A stretch of 64,000 nt of DNA from Eledone cirrhosa (Eukaryota). This document shows, piece by piece, positions 45,747 to 61,700 of the stretch. The position numbers were made by a program, and so were the translations under genes. The notes under the pieces are model-generated. The model did not search any database. It had not been told where the DNA came from and saw only the letters and a list, made by a program, of their open reading frames with translations. Positions within the stretch are counted from its first letter, which is position 1. The number at the start of each line of letters is the position of its first letter. The stretch is taken from the NCBI GenBank assembly GCA_964016885.1, contig OZ024740.1, positions 381,858,001-381,922,000 on the forward strand. The letters run 5' to 3'.

Positions 45747-47594
45747 GTTAGTTTTATGTACAAACGTATATATCTGTGAATTTGCATCGATTATATGTAA
45801 TCCCACACATATATTGACACAACGTTGAATGTAAGAACTTCTTATTATTCTCGATTTCTATTGAGCAAAGTACATGTGATTGTTCTATCGTTTTCTTTTC
45901 GGCTGTTAATTTCTTAGCCCAAAGACATTTCCAATGATACTAATGTAGCCAGCACACGAAAAATATTCCAGAAAAATCTATGACTATTTGTGTCTATTTG
46001 TGCGTGTGTGAGCAAAGGTACAGTTAAGCACATTATTTTAACCATAGACACAAATATAAATCTACACATACACACGTATACATCAACTCAAATATATACA
46101 ATTACTCAACACGTTTTATTAATAAGGGGATCAAATTTGTCTTTAGTAGCTAATTTGTAACAATTTTTTTCTCCCTTTTCTCCAGCAATGATTTTATTTT
46201 ATTTTTCTATCCCAATCATGAAACTTCATTACACCCAAATTGCGAGCCGAGTCGTTGATAATTGCATAAATTTCAGAGCAAAGCAACGATTACTTGTTTA
46301 CTTTGTTTTTGATCTCTAGAGGCAATTTTCTTAATAGTGAATACTTAAAATTGTGGCATTCTTTTAAGGTCTAAGATCTGATTAAAAGCTTACGAGAGAA
46401 TTAAATCTCCGCGTTGTAGCTTGTTTATAAATGATCATTTTACGCTGTTCACGTGTTAAAATGAGTAACAGTTTCTATTCCTATCCAGCAAATGATCGTT
46501 TATTCTACGTATTTTCTTTTACATTTATCATTTTTATTATCAGAATTATTTTTGCTTCTTTATGTGTTTAGCGTTCATTGTCTTTTCTCTTTTTTTTTTG
46601 TTCATTTACTTAAATATTGTCCTTACAAATTGGCAGTAGTTATGATTAAGGGAAATTTATTTTCTCCCTCAGAACTAGAATTATTGCCAAATTGCGATCA
46701 TAATAGGATATGTAGGACTCAATCATAAATCTTAGCAATTTTGAAAGATGTAATTTCTTTTTTTTAATATCACATTAGTTTATTTCATTAAAATTTCAAG
46801 TTGCTCTATGTGGTGGTATATATGTGTGTATACGTGTGTATGCATGTGTGTGGGGTCGCGCATGCGCGTGTGGCAGGATTTTCAATACCTCCCCACAAAA
46901 AAAGAAAGAGAAGAGAATAGTTTTTATTCAATTTTACTTTGCTTTCGGTTTATTTTTTGTTTTAGTTTCATCGAAATTCATTGGTTTTATTACACTTCTA
47001 ACGGAATAAAACGTATTATTTAGTTGACTAATAAATGAATTCATTCACAATCTAGTTTAGATTTTTATTAAGAATCATTTTATTTGGCATAGATCTCAAT
47101 ACATCTGGAAAGGCATGAACATATGAATAACTACAATGTTTTACAACCGCAAGAGTTATGAATGATATGTATGAATGTCTGTATGTATATATATATATAT
47201 ATACACAAGTACATATTAATATATACATGGGTGCATGTGTATGTATATGCGCAGAGACATAGAAATAGTTGGGCTGGACACCCGATCGCGCGTTTAAACC
47301 ACTAGGAATGGAGGACCCCGACCTTTGCCAAGGCATTCTTCTAGTAGAAGGCAACTCAGGAAACTGGGATAACTCCGATATAAAACCTGCGGCTCAGTAA
47401 TTACCGACGATGTTGATCTTTTCTTCTTTTCGGGTTATAGCTACTGTCGCTCAGAGAGTGGGATTGGTTCATTTTCCTCACTTTAAAAAATATCTTCACG
47501 CACAGGCATTGCACGATAGAATTAATTAATAATTATTAATAATGATATATCGTGCAATGGCCATACTCGATAACGAGGGGCCAGCCAACATGTG

Positions 47595-47644
<50 letters not shown>

Positions 47645-47705
47645 ATATAAATATGTATGTATATATTATATAAATATGTATGTATATATGCATATATATA
47701 TATTT

Positions 47706-48010
47706 GTTGTGCAAGAAATGTAGTCTATAGTGCGGGTGATGCAGAAACCAGACAACGACATACATAGGACAGCCCGTAGTATAGGAGAAATAGAAAAGGA
47801 TCACTAGTGAGGACTTAAGGAGGGGAAAAGCTCATCAGTTCTATACCAAGATGCCAAACTAGAAAACGTTGGCTCAATAGATAACATACAAAATAAAGAG
47901 ATCCTATCCACACATAAAATTGACGCAACACTCAGACAAATTACGGAGGCCCTGCACATAATTGAACATAGTCCAACCTGAACAAGAAAGCTCGAGCTGA
48001 ATAGTAACAG
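47706..48010 (+). pseudogene. GIY-YIG endonuclease remnant of a PLE3-related element; 3' UTR extends to ~48660
   Basis: RNVVYS..CRNQTTTYIG..ARSIGE...GKSSSVLYQ...GSIDNIQ..ILSTHKIDATLRQITEA aligns by eye with ORF 29811-30347. Confidence 0.8.
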
Positions 48011-48665
48011 CCCGCAACGTAACGACTGAAGAGAGAATAGAGGGAAAAAAGACGCAAATAGCACAACAGCAAGCCATAACCCCCTCAGACACACACACAC
48101 ACGTAAAACACACATAAACATAACAAATACAACTCATTCACACATACAAAAACACACCCGCAAACGTAGCGCAGACACGAAACAGAAAACCGACCATAAG
48201 ATTAAGAAAGACAAAATAGAGTACACGTTTAGGATCAGGAAAAAGAAGAGGCCCAAAACAGATAATCATTGAAGAGGACATGTGACATTGAAGAGAATAT
48301 GTGACGAAAGAAACTTGCCAAAAAAAAAAAAATGAATGACGCACATTAAAGACAAAGTGAAACTTATATTGTCCGTGTTTCTTTCTAATGTTCCTATCAA
48401 CAAATCGGCTAAGAACAATTTTTCCGACCATAAAAACGCCTCGGATGACCAGCGGTGACTTAAGTAAAGAACACGCAAGGCAGCAACTACAGTTGGGAAC
48501 AAGCATGATGTATCGATGGGAAAGCATAACTTGCTGTATAGTTAGTTACTATGCGGATATTTATCTGTCATTACCACACAGTTTCTGTCTCATTGCATTT
48601 CTCTCACAATATTTCGGAAGACCAACGGCCTTCAGATACGAATTAGGTTCGTGAGCCAGCATCGC

Positions 48666-48803
<138 letters not shown>

Positions 48804-48847
48804 TGTGCGTGCGCCTGTCTGCATATATATATATATATATATATATA

Positions 48848-50699
48848 TCTTTATATATATAAAAGCGAGGATGTGTGTGTGTCTGTGTACAAATTTGGAT
48901 ACCTAAGGCATTTACAATTACCAACCAAATTTGACCAAATTTACTGTGCACGTTGTACAGGTCTCTAAGATGGTCACATCACAAACACTTTTCCAATCGA
49001 CCCACGTTGAGCAATAAAAAATCGATATTAAAATTATCGGTAGCAAAATTGATGTATGGGAGATAACCAACTTTATTGACAATCCTTATAAAGAGAGTGA
49101 GATATGGGACCTTCGTTTTCAATTTTAAAACAACAAACATCGTCGGATGAAATTTCAGAAATATAAACATCAGATTCATTTGAAGATATATCACTAATAT
49201 TATCGTTTGTTTCTTGTTTATTCTTTGTTGTACTTTCAAAGTTAACAGACACTTGTTGTTTTAACTTGTTTCACTATATTTAGTGTTAATTTTTGCGTTA
49301 AGGCCCTAATATGGAATTGACGAGATTTTGATGATGGTTTGTTTATTTTTAGAACAATCGCTATGGAACTTTCCATTCAAACCATTGGGACCTACAACCT
49401 TTACATTTTTAAAACTGTCATAAGCCATGTTGATACACAAAAGAAATTGTTGCACTTTCAAAGTTAAAAAAACACTTGTTGTTTTAACTTGTTTCACTAT
49501 ATTAAGTGTTAATTTTCGCGGTAAGGGCCTAATCTCGCAGCAGTCTCGATTGGGACCTACAGCTTTTACATTTTTAAAGTAATTTCGTCCATATTTGAGG
49601 CAGGCATTATCTATGCTTCCAGCTGCATTCGTACATATCAAACTGTTTTGACAATGAAGGAACATACAGAACAGGATTATTCCTGGATGTCCACGGATAT
49701 ATAAATCTATTGATACTGTATGTGAATCACAGGATGCGGTCAACTATCCAGTTGAATTTCTAAATTCTTTAAATCCTCCTGGTTTACCTCCTAATACATT
49801 GGTTCTGAAAGAGGGAACGCCAGTTATTTTGCTGAGAAATATCACTCCTCCAAAACTATGCAATGGCACAAACCTTGTGGTTAAAAAACTGTCTGCATTT
49901 AGTATTGACGCTACCATTCTATCCGGATGTGGAAAAGGCGAGCATGTGATAATAACAAAAATTAGCCTGACTACATGAGTCGTGGATACTCCCTTCTCCT
50001 TTCGCCGAACCTAATTTCCCCTTCGTGTTGCCTTTGCGATGTACATAAACAAGTCGCAAGGTAAAACTCTGTCCGTCACTGGAATTCACTTGGATGAACC
50101 TTGATTTTCGCACGGACAATTCTACGTTGCCTGCTCACGAATTGGCAGTCGAGATAAACTCTTTGCGTTTGTTCCGAAAAGAAAAACAAAGAATATCGTC
50201 TATCCTGAAGTGCTTTAGTGTTAACAAAAAAACTTATTACAGCTCTGCCTTGACTTCACCTTACTCATAAAAAAAAATACCAATGAATATGTCATGCAGG
50301 ATATTTTGGATTATAAGTTCAAAATTTAACCATACACAGCAAAGGATGCTCTCAGAGAATAGATATTCTCTTATTCTATTCTCATTGTTTTTTTGTTTGT
50401 ATACAACTCTGCTTTCATTAGAACTTTTTGTACTTTAGCAAAACTGCCTGTTTTTTTTTCAGATTTGTAAGGTGTATTATCTTTAATCATTTGTATAATT
50501 ACATCCTGTTCAGTGTTTTCCTTCATTATCAACATAGTTTTATGTGTACAAAGATTGCACTAAATATTCGTTTGCATTAATTATTGAAGACTTCTGCTTA
50601 TGTTGAGAGGTTGGGGACAAATAATATTCTTCTTTTACTTCCCAGCTGTATATTATTAGCATAATTTCAAACCCGGAGCAAGCCGGGTAAATCTGGTAG
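48848..50699 (+). mobile_element. Non-autonomous Helitron retaining the Pif1-like helicase C-terminus
   Basis: 5' A|TC start (tctttatatatataaaag). 3' hairpin acccgg-agcaag-ccgggt at 50671-50688, then ..GTAG|T (canonical CTAG). Helicase remnant inside. Confidence 0.8.
49678..50218 (+). pseudogene. Helitron Pif1-family helicase C-terminal fragment
   Basis: YKSIDTV..YPVEFLNSLNPPGLPPNTLVLKEGTPVILLRNITPPKLCNGT...FPLRVAFAMYINKSQGKTL..G..FSHGQFYVACSRIGS...TKNIVYPEVL*. Confidence 0.92.
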
Positions 50700-50846
50700 T
50701 ATATATATATGTATATATATAAGTTTATCTCGGGTTCAATCGGGGGCAACTACAGTAAGTATGGTACTCAATACATAGCAGAGTATACATTTTTAATATA
50801 GAAATGGGTTATTAAATATTACATATATATATTAAATATGAAATAT

Positions 50847-50909
<63 letters not shown>

Positions 50910-51088
50910 GTAGAACACTGGAAAGTATTATCCGTAGTGGTAGAGCACTCAGTCCATGGGATGAGTTAGGTAGAAGTGGTAACACAAAAGTTAGTTCACC
51001 ATACCGAGAACAATTGTTTAACCTTAGCGGATCTGTTAAGGTAAAAACAATTGTTCTCGGTATGGCGAACTAACTGTTGTGTTACCAC

Positions 51089-51138
<50 letters not shown>

Positions 51139-51370
51139 ATGTGTGTGTGTGTGTGTGTGTGCGTGTGTCTGTGTAGCTCTGGTTTTTAACTATTGAGCAT
51201 TTTGCCAGTATCATTTCTGATTTTTGCGTTTCGCTTCGATTTTCCTGCCCGCCGAAAATGTGATTCTCGCTGAATCTTTATTTGTATATATACATATATA
51301 TGCGTTGGGTGGGGGTGGGGGGTGCATCCGTGTGTGGTTGACGGCTGAAGTAGAGTTTTAAAATTCATGT

Positions 51371-51553
51371 GGATTGGCAGTATCGGTAGAGGGTCGGATG
51401 CCATGCTTTCCTGCATAGTTACGTCCCTTAAGGATCTGAGTTCAAATCCCGCCGAGGTGATGTTGCCTTTCATCTTTACGGGGTCGATAAAATAAAGTAC
51501 CAGTAATGCACTGAGTGATTGCTGGTCTTGTGCTAAAAGTAGAAACAATTATT
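51371..51553 (+). mobile_element. tRNA-derived SINE family 1
   Basis: tggcagtatcgg A box, gagttcaaatcc B box; body matches 6004-6196. Confidence 0.85.
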
Positions 51554-52102
51554 AACGCTGAATAGCAAGTCTTATGGCTGAACGGTGATAAGGAGGCGAA
51601 GCTCCAGGGTAACAACACCCACTATTCAGGCGTAATAAAATGAATATATATAAATATATGTTTATCCAGTTACATCGTAGAAGTGCACACATGCATCGCA
51701 TGTGCATTATACAACTTGTTATATAACTTCCATGAGTCCCAGAAACCTATCAGAGATATTTTATCGATTATATCAATTTTAATCAATCAGAAATTTTCCA
51801 GGTTAGGTTAAACATTTCTGAATCTGTCGTCGCTGTGTTATATATATATCAAGTGTCTTCGGTCGGTTTTCTTGGTGTCATACTTCATCTGGACCTAATC
51901 TTTTTTACTTTCGCTTCATTAAGTGTTTTGGGTATTGCCTCAAACAAATCGAATAGTACTTGCTGTGCAACAGCTAAAACTTCGATTTGTACCTATTAAA
52001 TCTTGGCCATTTAATGTTCTTCCTTACGCATTGGTTTGGTTTTCAAATTTATTTAAATACCTGTAGAAACGGCCGGAGTTCAGCCGTCAGGGTCCTGACT
52101 CT

Positions 52103-52138
<36 letters not shown>

Positions 52139-52152
52139 TTTGTTTTCTGTTT

Positions 52153-52211
<59 letters not shown>

Positions 52212-52531
52212 TATCTCTAATAAAACTTCTACGCGTAAGAATATGTTCACATAAAAAAAATATTTGTGATAAAGACAAATTAACAAAAACAAAACAACCA
52301 ACATTATCATAAATAGCAATCAATATGCGTGTGAAATAAAAGAAGTTAAAGGAACTTTAACATGTAACACCATAAACTCGATAACGCCGATATAGAGACG
52401 TGTGTGTCTACGTATGTATATATATATGTGCGTGCGTGTGTGTATGGTTGTGTTTTTATGACATATATATATATGTGTGTGTATGTATATTTATATATAT
52501 GAATGTATATATATATATATATGCCTGTGCG

Positions 52532-52657
<126 letters not shown>

Positions 52658-53496
52658 TTAGCGTGTTTCCCTCTTAGTTTCATTTTATTGTGATGTTTAT
52701 GTGATAAGGAAGGGAAGCAATGATGATCATTAGAACAAAAGAAACAAACATTACTCATACGCAGTAACGACATGCACACGCTAAATGTAGTAAATTTTCA
52801 CTGAAACCAATTAACTGTATATAATGTCTGCTTCCATTGTGGCATTTCCTTTACATTTTCCCTAAACCCAAAATTGTGGATAGGCGCAAGGTACTGATGG
52901 TGGTAACACAAGGGTCATGCAGGTCGAACATTGAAAGATTAAAAAAAGTTTTTGGACTCTGAATGTGTTGGAGAGAAACAAAAAATATAAATATATTATA
53001 CATCTATATAAAAATAAACAAAATGAAGTTTAAAGTGTCAACTTATTCAAAGTTAAAATCAATACATTTTATGTTCAATAGCTGAACGAACTGTTTTAGA
53101 TCTGATTGGCACAGTCTCCAATCAATACCGGTATCTAATGTTATTAAACACATACTTGTTTGTTTGTTACAGTATATTATTTTAGTATCTTTCAACTCTT
53201 CATACCAAATCATATTGGTCTCCAAAGTAGGTGTTAAATAGTGTTTAAAACATTTTATCAAGATTTAGAATGTGTGATAATGTAATGTTCTAGTACCACT
53301 AACGTTACAATATAAATCTTGCCAGCGTATCAAAGAATAGTGTGAGTCCTTTAAACCAAGAAATCAGATGCCAATCCATGTGTCGATGAATATACGAAGG
53401 AAAACATGAATACAAAGAAGTAGATTACATTCCACAAAAAATCATGAACACAGAAGTATGAGAATACACACACACACATACACATACATACATACA

Positions 53497-53581
<85 letters not shown>

Positions 53582-56500
53582 TTAGATGCTGTGATCTAAA
53601 AACAACGAACAGAATAATCAGTATAACAGAAATCTGGTTTGATATAGTATATTTGAGTTGTTATATTCGAAGTTTTAAAGACATTAGCTGTATACTTATC
53701 GTTTAATCATTGGAAAATTAGAAAGGTTTGTAAGCCAAAGATTTTGCTGTAATGACGATAAACATCTAAAAAATGACGAGAATAAATATTTGAAGAAATG
53801 AAGTATCAACAGAATTAGTGAAGATGCAAAGTAAATGTCAAGTGTAAAAGGAAAAATAGTACAAATGAAATAAAATGAATGCAACAAAACAACTACTAAT
53901 GTTATTGAAACATGCTTTTATTATCTAAAGGAAAGGCCTAACAAGATTGTTTGATGAAGAACAATTTTGATAATATATATACATACATATATGCGTTAAC
54001 GCACTTAGTAATATATTCACTAAGATGAGAAACCTTGCACAAATAATGTTAAATATAATGTGAATGTGTATTGCGTCTTGATCAGTATCAGTCAGCATCA
54101 GCATTTAAATTGTCTACCAGTCTCAGAATATGATACTTATGAAAGTGCGGTTTCAAATGTCGAGTTACACATTTATTTCTATATGAAAATGCCATATCTG
54201 TGTTCAGTAGTGGGTTCTATCATTGTGTATTCCCAAACCATCCTGTGAGCATTCTAGTAGTCACTTCAACTGCAAAAAATATCAGTAAGACTTCTCTCTC
54301 TCATATATATAAATACATGCTAATGGACTCACTGGTAGATCTCCACGTAGGAGTGTCCATCAGCTTTAGCTTAGTGCGTTGACTGATGTGACACTACAAT
54401 CCTCTAAAAGATGTTCGAACATGAGACTGCAAGAATGTGGGCTAGGAGACAATATAGCTGATGATAGTGCAGATGCTTTAGTTTACCATCTTTCATTCAT
54501 CAGCTGTTAGACACCGCAAGATTCCAAAATTGTAATGCCACAAAACTACCTCCTTCTTTCGGCCTAGGCTCACCAGCTCCAAGATCTTAAAAATTATGCG
54601 AACTACTTCAAGATTCCTATTCAAATGGTTCTTATATATGAGTCATGGCCTTTCTACTATCATTTTATTGCTGTAGAGCTGGTTGTGCTTGAAGATGTTA
54701 CGTATTTGATCTTGACTCATTCTGATGACATGGTGAACCCGTAATTGGGATTGCCTGGAGAAAGTCTAAATACCTCTAACATTGCATTTCCTGAAATGAA
54801 CAGCATTTGAAGGCATTTCTTGAGGTGCGCATCTAACCGATACAACGCATGTGCGATACAACGTCATCTTAGTTTGGTTTCTGGGTATGTCTCTCTAATT
54901 CTAGATTTATATATCGACGCACTGTGACCAACTATTTTAGAAAATATTCCGCCTATGTTCCCGGTGAGTGATTTAATCATCTGTTTAACAAGAAATTGAG
55001 TAACATATCTGTATTTGCTGATGAATTAAAAACAGACAGACACATACAGACAGACAAACACGTACATATATACACACACAAACGTAGTCACAACCACACG
55101 TACATTCATGCACACAGACATACCCACATATATGCATATGTATGTAAAAATAGCTAACTTGCAATGCACATATATTATAGTGAGTGTAAAGTTATAAAAT
55201 CATTTTCAAAGTTATAAAAGCCTACCATACATACATGCATACAAGAAAACTAATTCAAACTATTTTTACTATCAGTTTAAAATAATTATCTACTTTCTCT
55301 TAAAGAGGAAACACATCTTTGAGGAATATACATCAGTTCTTATTGATAAAGCAAATATATCTTTAAAATATTGAATATTATCAGAATATATTGCATCTTA
55401 TTATTTAATTTCACTTGGAAAACAAGTTAATATATTTAGGAATGATTTTCTATGTCTTGTTTATTCTCTGACGTGATATGAATGAATTATATCACCGATG
55501 AGAAACACACTTTTGTGTTTCACAAGTTTGTGTAAATAATATAGGAAATGATTATATATTATATAACTGATGCCTTTCTGCGTTTCGCTTTTATTTATAT
55601 CCTATTTCTTTCATTGTAGGTTTTGTATGATCACTTGTAATGTGCATCTATCCATTAGTAGGTAAATCTAAACATTCAATGTTATCGAATAAGCTAACTG
55701 GATTTCTCTCTTTCAATTTATTCTCGAAATAGCTCTACACAAACTCTGACACACACTGAAAACCAAATATCCTAAGAACTAATAAACGAAATATCCTATT
55801 AAAAGAGAAAGATAAAGAATATATTTTTTATTCTCATACACATTATTTCTCCATTCCTGAGAATCTTACATTACATTATTACATATAGTCATTGAAAATA
55901 TATTATCTACGTTATGTAATATAGAGAAACATATCTTCCTTATTTTTAATATTAAAATATATTTATGATTATATATTTTTATTTTTATTTTAAAATTACA
56001 CTTTTCAAAAACAGATCATATTATCATTTGTTTCGCCTAGCTGTAGTTTAAAGAAACAAATGTTTATTTATTCTTTCCATTTGGTCATTTGCTTGTATGT
56101 TGAACAAAACGAAATAATTATCAATTTTCTGCACTAGTAATATGGATATTTATATTATCATAAGGAGCTTTATGAAAATGAACATTTTTAACTATCAACG
56201 ACTTGCTATTCTACTAGCGGTGTCAGAATTCCGTTTCTAATTTAAATGCAGTAGAACATATAATCTTCGTAAGAATTTAATTATTTGTATTTCTAATTAG
56301 TCAGAAACATAAGCCGTCGTTACTTCTAAATTGTTTGTAAAATTCTGTTCCATTCAAATACGATATTCATCGATAAATTACGCAAAATACATATCAAACA
56401 TTTACTTTAAACATATAAGGTCTCGTTAAAATGAAGGCGCGTGGCCAAAAGGTTGGACTGACGATCATAACAACATGAGTTCGATTCCTGGAACGAGTAT

Positions 56501-57553
56501 TGTGTTATGTTATTGAGCAAGGCACTTCATTTATGGTATCTCTCATATACTACTATGAAAATGAATACAAACAGTAGTTGGTTATTAACCCTACGATGGG
56601 TATATATATTTAACTCCTAGGTAACAAATGTATTATCTATCTTCTAGGTAACAAATGAACAGTCTATCTGAGATAAGTTTTAACAGAGAATATATATACA
56701 CACCTTCTACGATGCAACTATCCTTTTGAATTCAGTCATTGTTGATCTTTTCCTGAACTACAATCAAAGAAAGTCATGTTTTATCGTTTAGTTAGAATTA
56801 GAAGTGGGGGCATTGGTGGGTTATATTTATTCATGACCTCAAAGACGTGCGGGAAGAAAAGCGACGTTATACCTAAACTGGAGATCTCACCCAAATGCTT
56901 GCAACAGATTGGATTTCAATAAAAGGACCTGATGACCATATGGTGATGTTAAATCGACGTGCAATTAACTCTCTACATCCCTGGGATGTAGCAGCAAAGC
57001 GCTGAATTGTAAACCAAAAATTATCCTCATCTAATTCTCTAATATCTCCGTTAGTCTCTTGTTCTAGACTGGTACTGTATATTTTAGTTTTGATCTGCCT
57101 ACATTTTTAGACTGGGTTGATGCGTGTTGATGCGTGGTTGATGCCGGTCCAGTGGCCTGCTGATTGGAGATGATCAGAGAAAGCTAAGCCAAATTTTGAC
57201 TCATAACACAAAGAACTGGACTCGATACCGCAAGTTATTTTCTCCGATACTCTAAACCCTTCCACTAATCCATCGCGATGGATTATCGAAATTAAAATAA
57301 TAAAATTCAAAGTTTCTTTCGTGTAAATTTGAATTCAGACCAAAGAATATTGAAAACTCTTCCGCAAAGCATTCTATCTGTGACTGTAACAACTGCGCAT
57401 GCCCGAGGCTATGGGTAATCGAAATATGAATAAATGTCATAATTTCCACCTTACTACGGATGGCTTTCTGCTAAACATATGAATACACACATTTCCATTA
57501 CACACATACACACACACATACACACATACAAACACACACAAACACACACACAC

Positions 57554-57633
<80 letters not shown>

Positions 57634-57821
57634 ATAATAATCCGAAGAGGGCTCGATAAGGATAATATGTATACCAAAATATAATAAACCATAGAGCAAA
57701 TATTTATTAAAATAACAGATTAAAGTTTAAGCAAAGAAACGCTGCTTTCAACCTTAACGGGATCTTAGTTCACCATACTGAGAACAAATGTTTCACCTTA
57801 TTCGGATCTTTTCTTTTTTAG

Positions 57822-57864
57822 ACCGAGCGGAGGATCCGCATAAGGTGAAACATTTGTTCTCGGT
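57822..57864 (+). ncRNA. Hammerhead motif of family F (U4G in this copy)
   Basis: accgag-CGGAGGA-tcc(gcataa)ggt-GAAA-catttg-TT-ctcggt; 6-bp helix I. Confidence 0.65.
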
Positions 57865-57966
57865 AGTGTGAAACTAACTGTTGTGGAACTACTTCTACCA
57901 AATTGGTTCCATGGTCTGCGTGCTCTATTACTACGGATATAACCAACCAGTGTTCTACAATTATAC

Positions 57967-58013
<47 letters not shown>

Positions 58014-58129
58014 TATGTGAGTGTATGTGTGTGTGTGTATATATGTAATATGTATATATATGTATGTACATATACACGTGAGAATCGTTTATTTTAAATT
58101 GAATCAAGGTATGTATTCTCTTTTTCTTC

Positions 58130-58773
58130 GCTCACTTATTCCGGCACTCCTTCCAAAGGGTCCTATCATAAGCAACTATCTCCATCTGATCCGGCTGGAT
58201 CGCCAAGCGAGAATAACCAAGGCCATGGATGTTTCCAACTCTCTTGGTCGGGGTTTAACAGAGGACCCTTCCAGTTCGTTTTGCCTGTAAATTCTTTCCA
58301 GCGATTCTTTGCTGAGACATTCTAACCACATGCCAATATTATTGGAGCTGTAATATCTCAATTCGGAGAGGGAGTAGCGCTACCTCGAGTGACTCTCTGG
58401 TTTCTGAACTACGCACTCTATCGAGTAACGTTATTCCAAGTACCCTTCGTAGGAACCCCATTTCGGCTGATTGTATTCGCGATCGTATTCTTTTCGGTCA
58501 TTACTCAAGATTCATGACCATAGGTAAGGGGGTTGGCGCGAATACCGAAGTGAAGATAGCGAGTTTAGCTTTCACGCTTACCTCTTTTATTCTGCTGACG
58601 GAATGCTGAAGATGGCGCATTAATGCAACAGCTCCTGCTGTTCTTGCACTTAATTCAGCCTCCTGCCTTCTATCACTCTTGAACACGGCTTCCAGATACT
58701 TGAACTTCTTTACCTGCTTCAGTGGAACTCCATTCCCACGTAAAGTGCACTGCTCAGGCTTCATTGATAGCAC
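58130..58773 (-). mobile_element. RTE-clade LINE 3' fragment (Expander/Rex3-like)
   Basis: LKQVKKFKYL..FKSDRRQEAELSAR...KAKLAIFTSVFAPT, then in another frame LTYGHES..MTEK..SRIQSAEMGFLRRVLGITLLDRVRSSETRESLEV. Confidence 0.88.
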
Positions 58774-61700
58774 ATGTGTCTCAGTTTTCGCATCACATAA
58801 TATTCAGCTTGCTGAAGTTCATGAATTGGCTTCGGTATCTTGTTAAATTTCTCTTACGTCATTTCGCTGTGAATGCCATCGATATAATTGTGGAAGTTAT
58901 GTAATCTAAGTTGTCGTTTGAATTATGTCTCACAGATAATATTCCTTTGTATATTTTAACTGCTTAATCAGGCTGAATTATATTGTTTATCGAGAAAATT
59001 AATTAACAAATTACGTTGTCTCAGTGAACCTATTCACAAAGTTGTCTCGATTTCGATTAAATGTTTAAAGCGTCATCAATTACCTTACGCCATTATACCA
59101 TTATGAAAAATATAATGTTCACGTATTCTCATTCCACTAAGTAGCTTTAGGCATTTGCGATTCATTACAAAAATGAGTGTCATACAGGTAAACGTAAGCT
59201 CCTGTAAATAAGGATTCCAAAATCATGTAACATTCTAACTACCATTTCGCGTCTTATGTACTTAGCAAAAAGTAATATTTCCATTTCTTCTGTCATGAAA
59301 GAACGGACAATTCTAACCTGGGAGAAACAATATATAGGACTGGGGAATTATTGAAATGACATTAACCTTACAGTATGTATTTCAGTTTTTCTATGTGTTG
59401 ATTTCTGATCATGTAACTTTAGGTTTTGACTATCATAAACTATTAATTATTTTTGTTTAGCATTCGTTTAGTTCAGAAGATTAGTTCTGAACTAGCTAAT
59501 CAATGATCAGAAATCCTTCACCCATTATCATATTGTCATGTGGGATGTCAAAGGCTACATTCTTTAATGTGTCCTTTCGTTTTAAAAACGATAATTTGTG
59601 ATATTAAGAAATGTGTCTGCTATGTTAGATAGAGCTGGTGCATAGAGTCTTCATCGGGCATTCAGAGTAGAAAATAAGTCATAATGGAAAACTACGGAAC
59701 TTGTCTGTAACTGTGTGGTCTTGTACTAGTGTAAGAAATCATTATATGTGAAGGAATTGGAGTATCTGCAAAATATTTGAAACAATACAACAACTAGTAT
59801 CTCTGTTATTCGGTTTTCATAATTCTGAACTTATGACAAGTATTATAATTATGTGATTAAAATTTGCAAAGGAAAATTTAATCAACAAAAATTCAATTAT
59901 ATTTCTTCAAGCTGCTAATTAAAAATTGAAATATCACAAGTTTGATTTGAAGACATGCGAAATTCCTTCGGTTACGTAATGTAATCAAATTATTGTTTCA
60001 TTTAAGCTTAAATAGTAAAGTAAATGTATAAAATAAAATAAAACTCTTAGTAGAATACTGATAATTTACAATTCTTAAATCTTTTTCGTGTCATGAAAAC
60101 AGACTAATAAGCCTAGTGCCAAATTATTATATCGAAAGTAATTATTGAGATATTATTTTATGGTAAAATTGCCTGAAATAATTACAGAAATACATAAATA
60201 AAAAAAAATATTGGTTTGGTGAAGACGAATAAACTGTACAAATTAATACGAATAATTAACTTTCTGTTTTCATGATTGAAGTTCTAATTTCTGATTTCTC
60301 CTAATTTCACTCTAAGTTTGGTTTCACAAGTATAAAGAATATATTATTAGTTTAGTAGATTCTACCTTTTATGTGTAGAGTGATAGTCTCAATATAATAG
60401 ATCGTTATTACAAATAATATGAGTTGCAAAAAAAAAACAAGGTCGAATTTGTGGTTCTTATTTTATATAGCTTACGATCTTGAAAGGAAATCCAGTAATA
60501 TCTTAGTATTTAATATTTATCTAGAGTATAAGCCTTTTTGTTGTAGACAATGAGTAAGTTTTTAGGGTAATATATTTGGATAGCTATTTGGGTCCCAACG
60601 TAAACCCTTTAGGTTTTTAAGAAGTTAATCAAAATAGTAGAAGTGACTATCGTTTTTGTAATTTGTTTCAACCTTGACAGATTTGAAGTTAATGAAATAA
60701 ATATTCAGAATGAGTAGGTCATTCCTGAAAAGGAAAGACATGTTTATGTGGAAGGATTGGGGACTAGAATCATTTTCTCGAAAGGTATAATTTTATAAAG
60801 AAATCATTTGGCAAAACATTCGGTGTGGGATATGGGAAATGAATCACTATAAGGACGATTAAACTGATGTTTCAATATGTTGTGTTGCTACTTTGGTCAA
60901 GCTAACTAATTCAAAGGCGCAGAAGGCGCTGTCGAAAGGGTAGAAAGATTCAAACAGAATAGCAGTAACATACGTAAGATTATTAATTGATATGTATTTG
61001 GTAAATGGAACATTGACAAACCTTAGGGAGACACTTTGCCGGAAATTGGACAATAAAACTCGTCTGCATAGGCATGAAATTGTGACGTTGATTTTGGTAT
61101 TTAGCCTCATATAAGCTCTGATCAAGTATAGCTACAATATAAAGCGTTCAAGTCGTGTCCAAGTTCGTTTTGAATAAAAGCGATAGCATATAATATGAAA
61201 CGTGTACAACACACAGTTATATTCTTCATAAATATGAAAGACTTACTGAGAAAATATTAATGCTTATGGAAACAAGTCTGATCGGGGAATACATATAATC
61301 AGCACCATCGTCGTTCATATTTCCTTCAACATGATAAAGTTAATCTTCTTTTGCTAAATGTTAAACGCCGTTGTTTTAGTCGACTGAAGTGATTTAATCT
61401 CACCAGTAATGCTCTTTAAAAGGCAACTTTATCATATATTATGTTTCGTTAAAAGAGAAAGCCGTATATTCAGAACATATAAAATAAATTGTAATCGTTT
61501 TCCGTTTCTCTATATTGAAGAGAAAAGTTAAATGGACGATATTTCAGAAATAAATAAAACATTAACAGTTCGAATTTAAAAAAGCTAATGGGTTAATTAG
61601 GTGTTTCTCATTATCATGATATAAGGACAAGTTATATAATTAGCAATACGCGATTTATTTAAGTTCTTAAAACTCAGCAGATAAGCTCACTTGATCTTCG

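Noticed and set aside
51371-51460. tRNA genes
   Set aside because: A and B boxes are present but there is no cloverleaf, and each continues into a shared SINE body.
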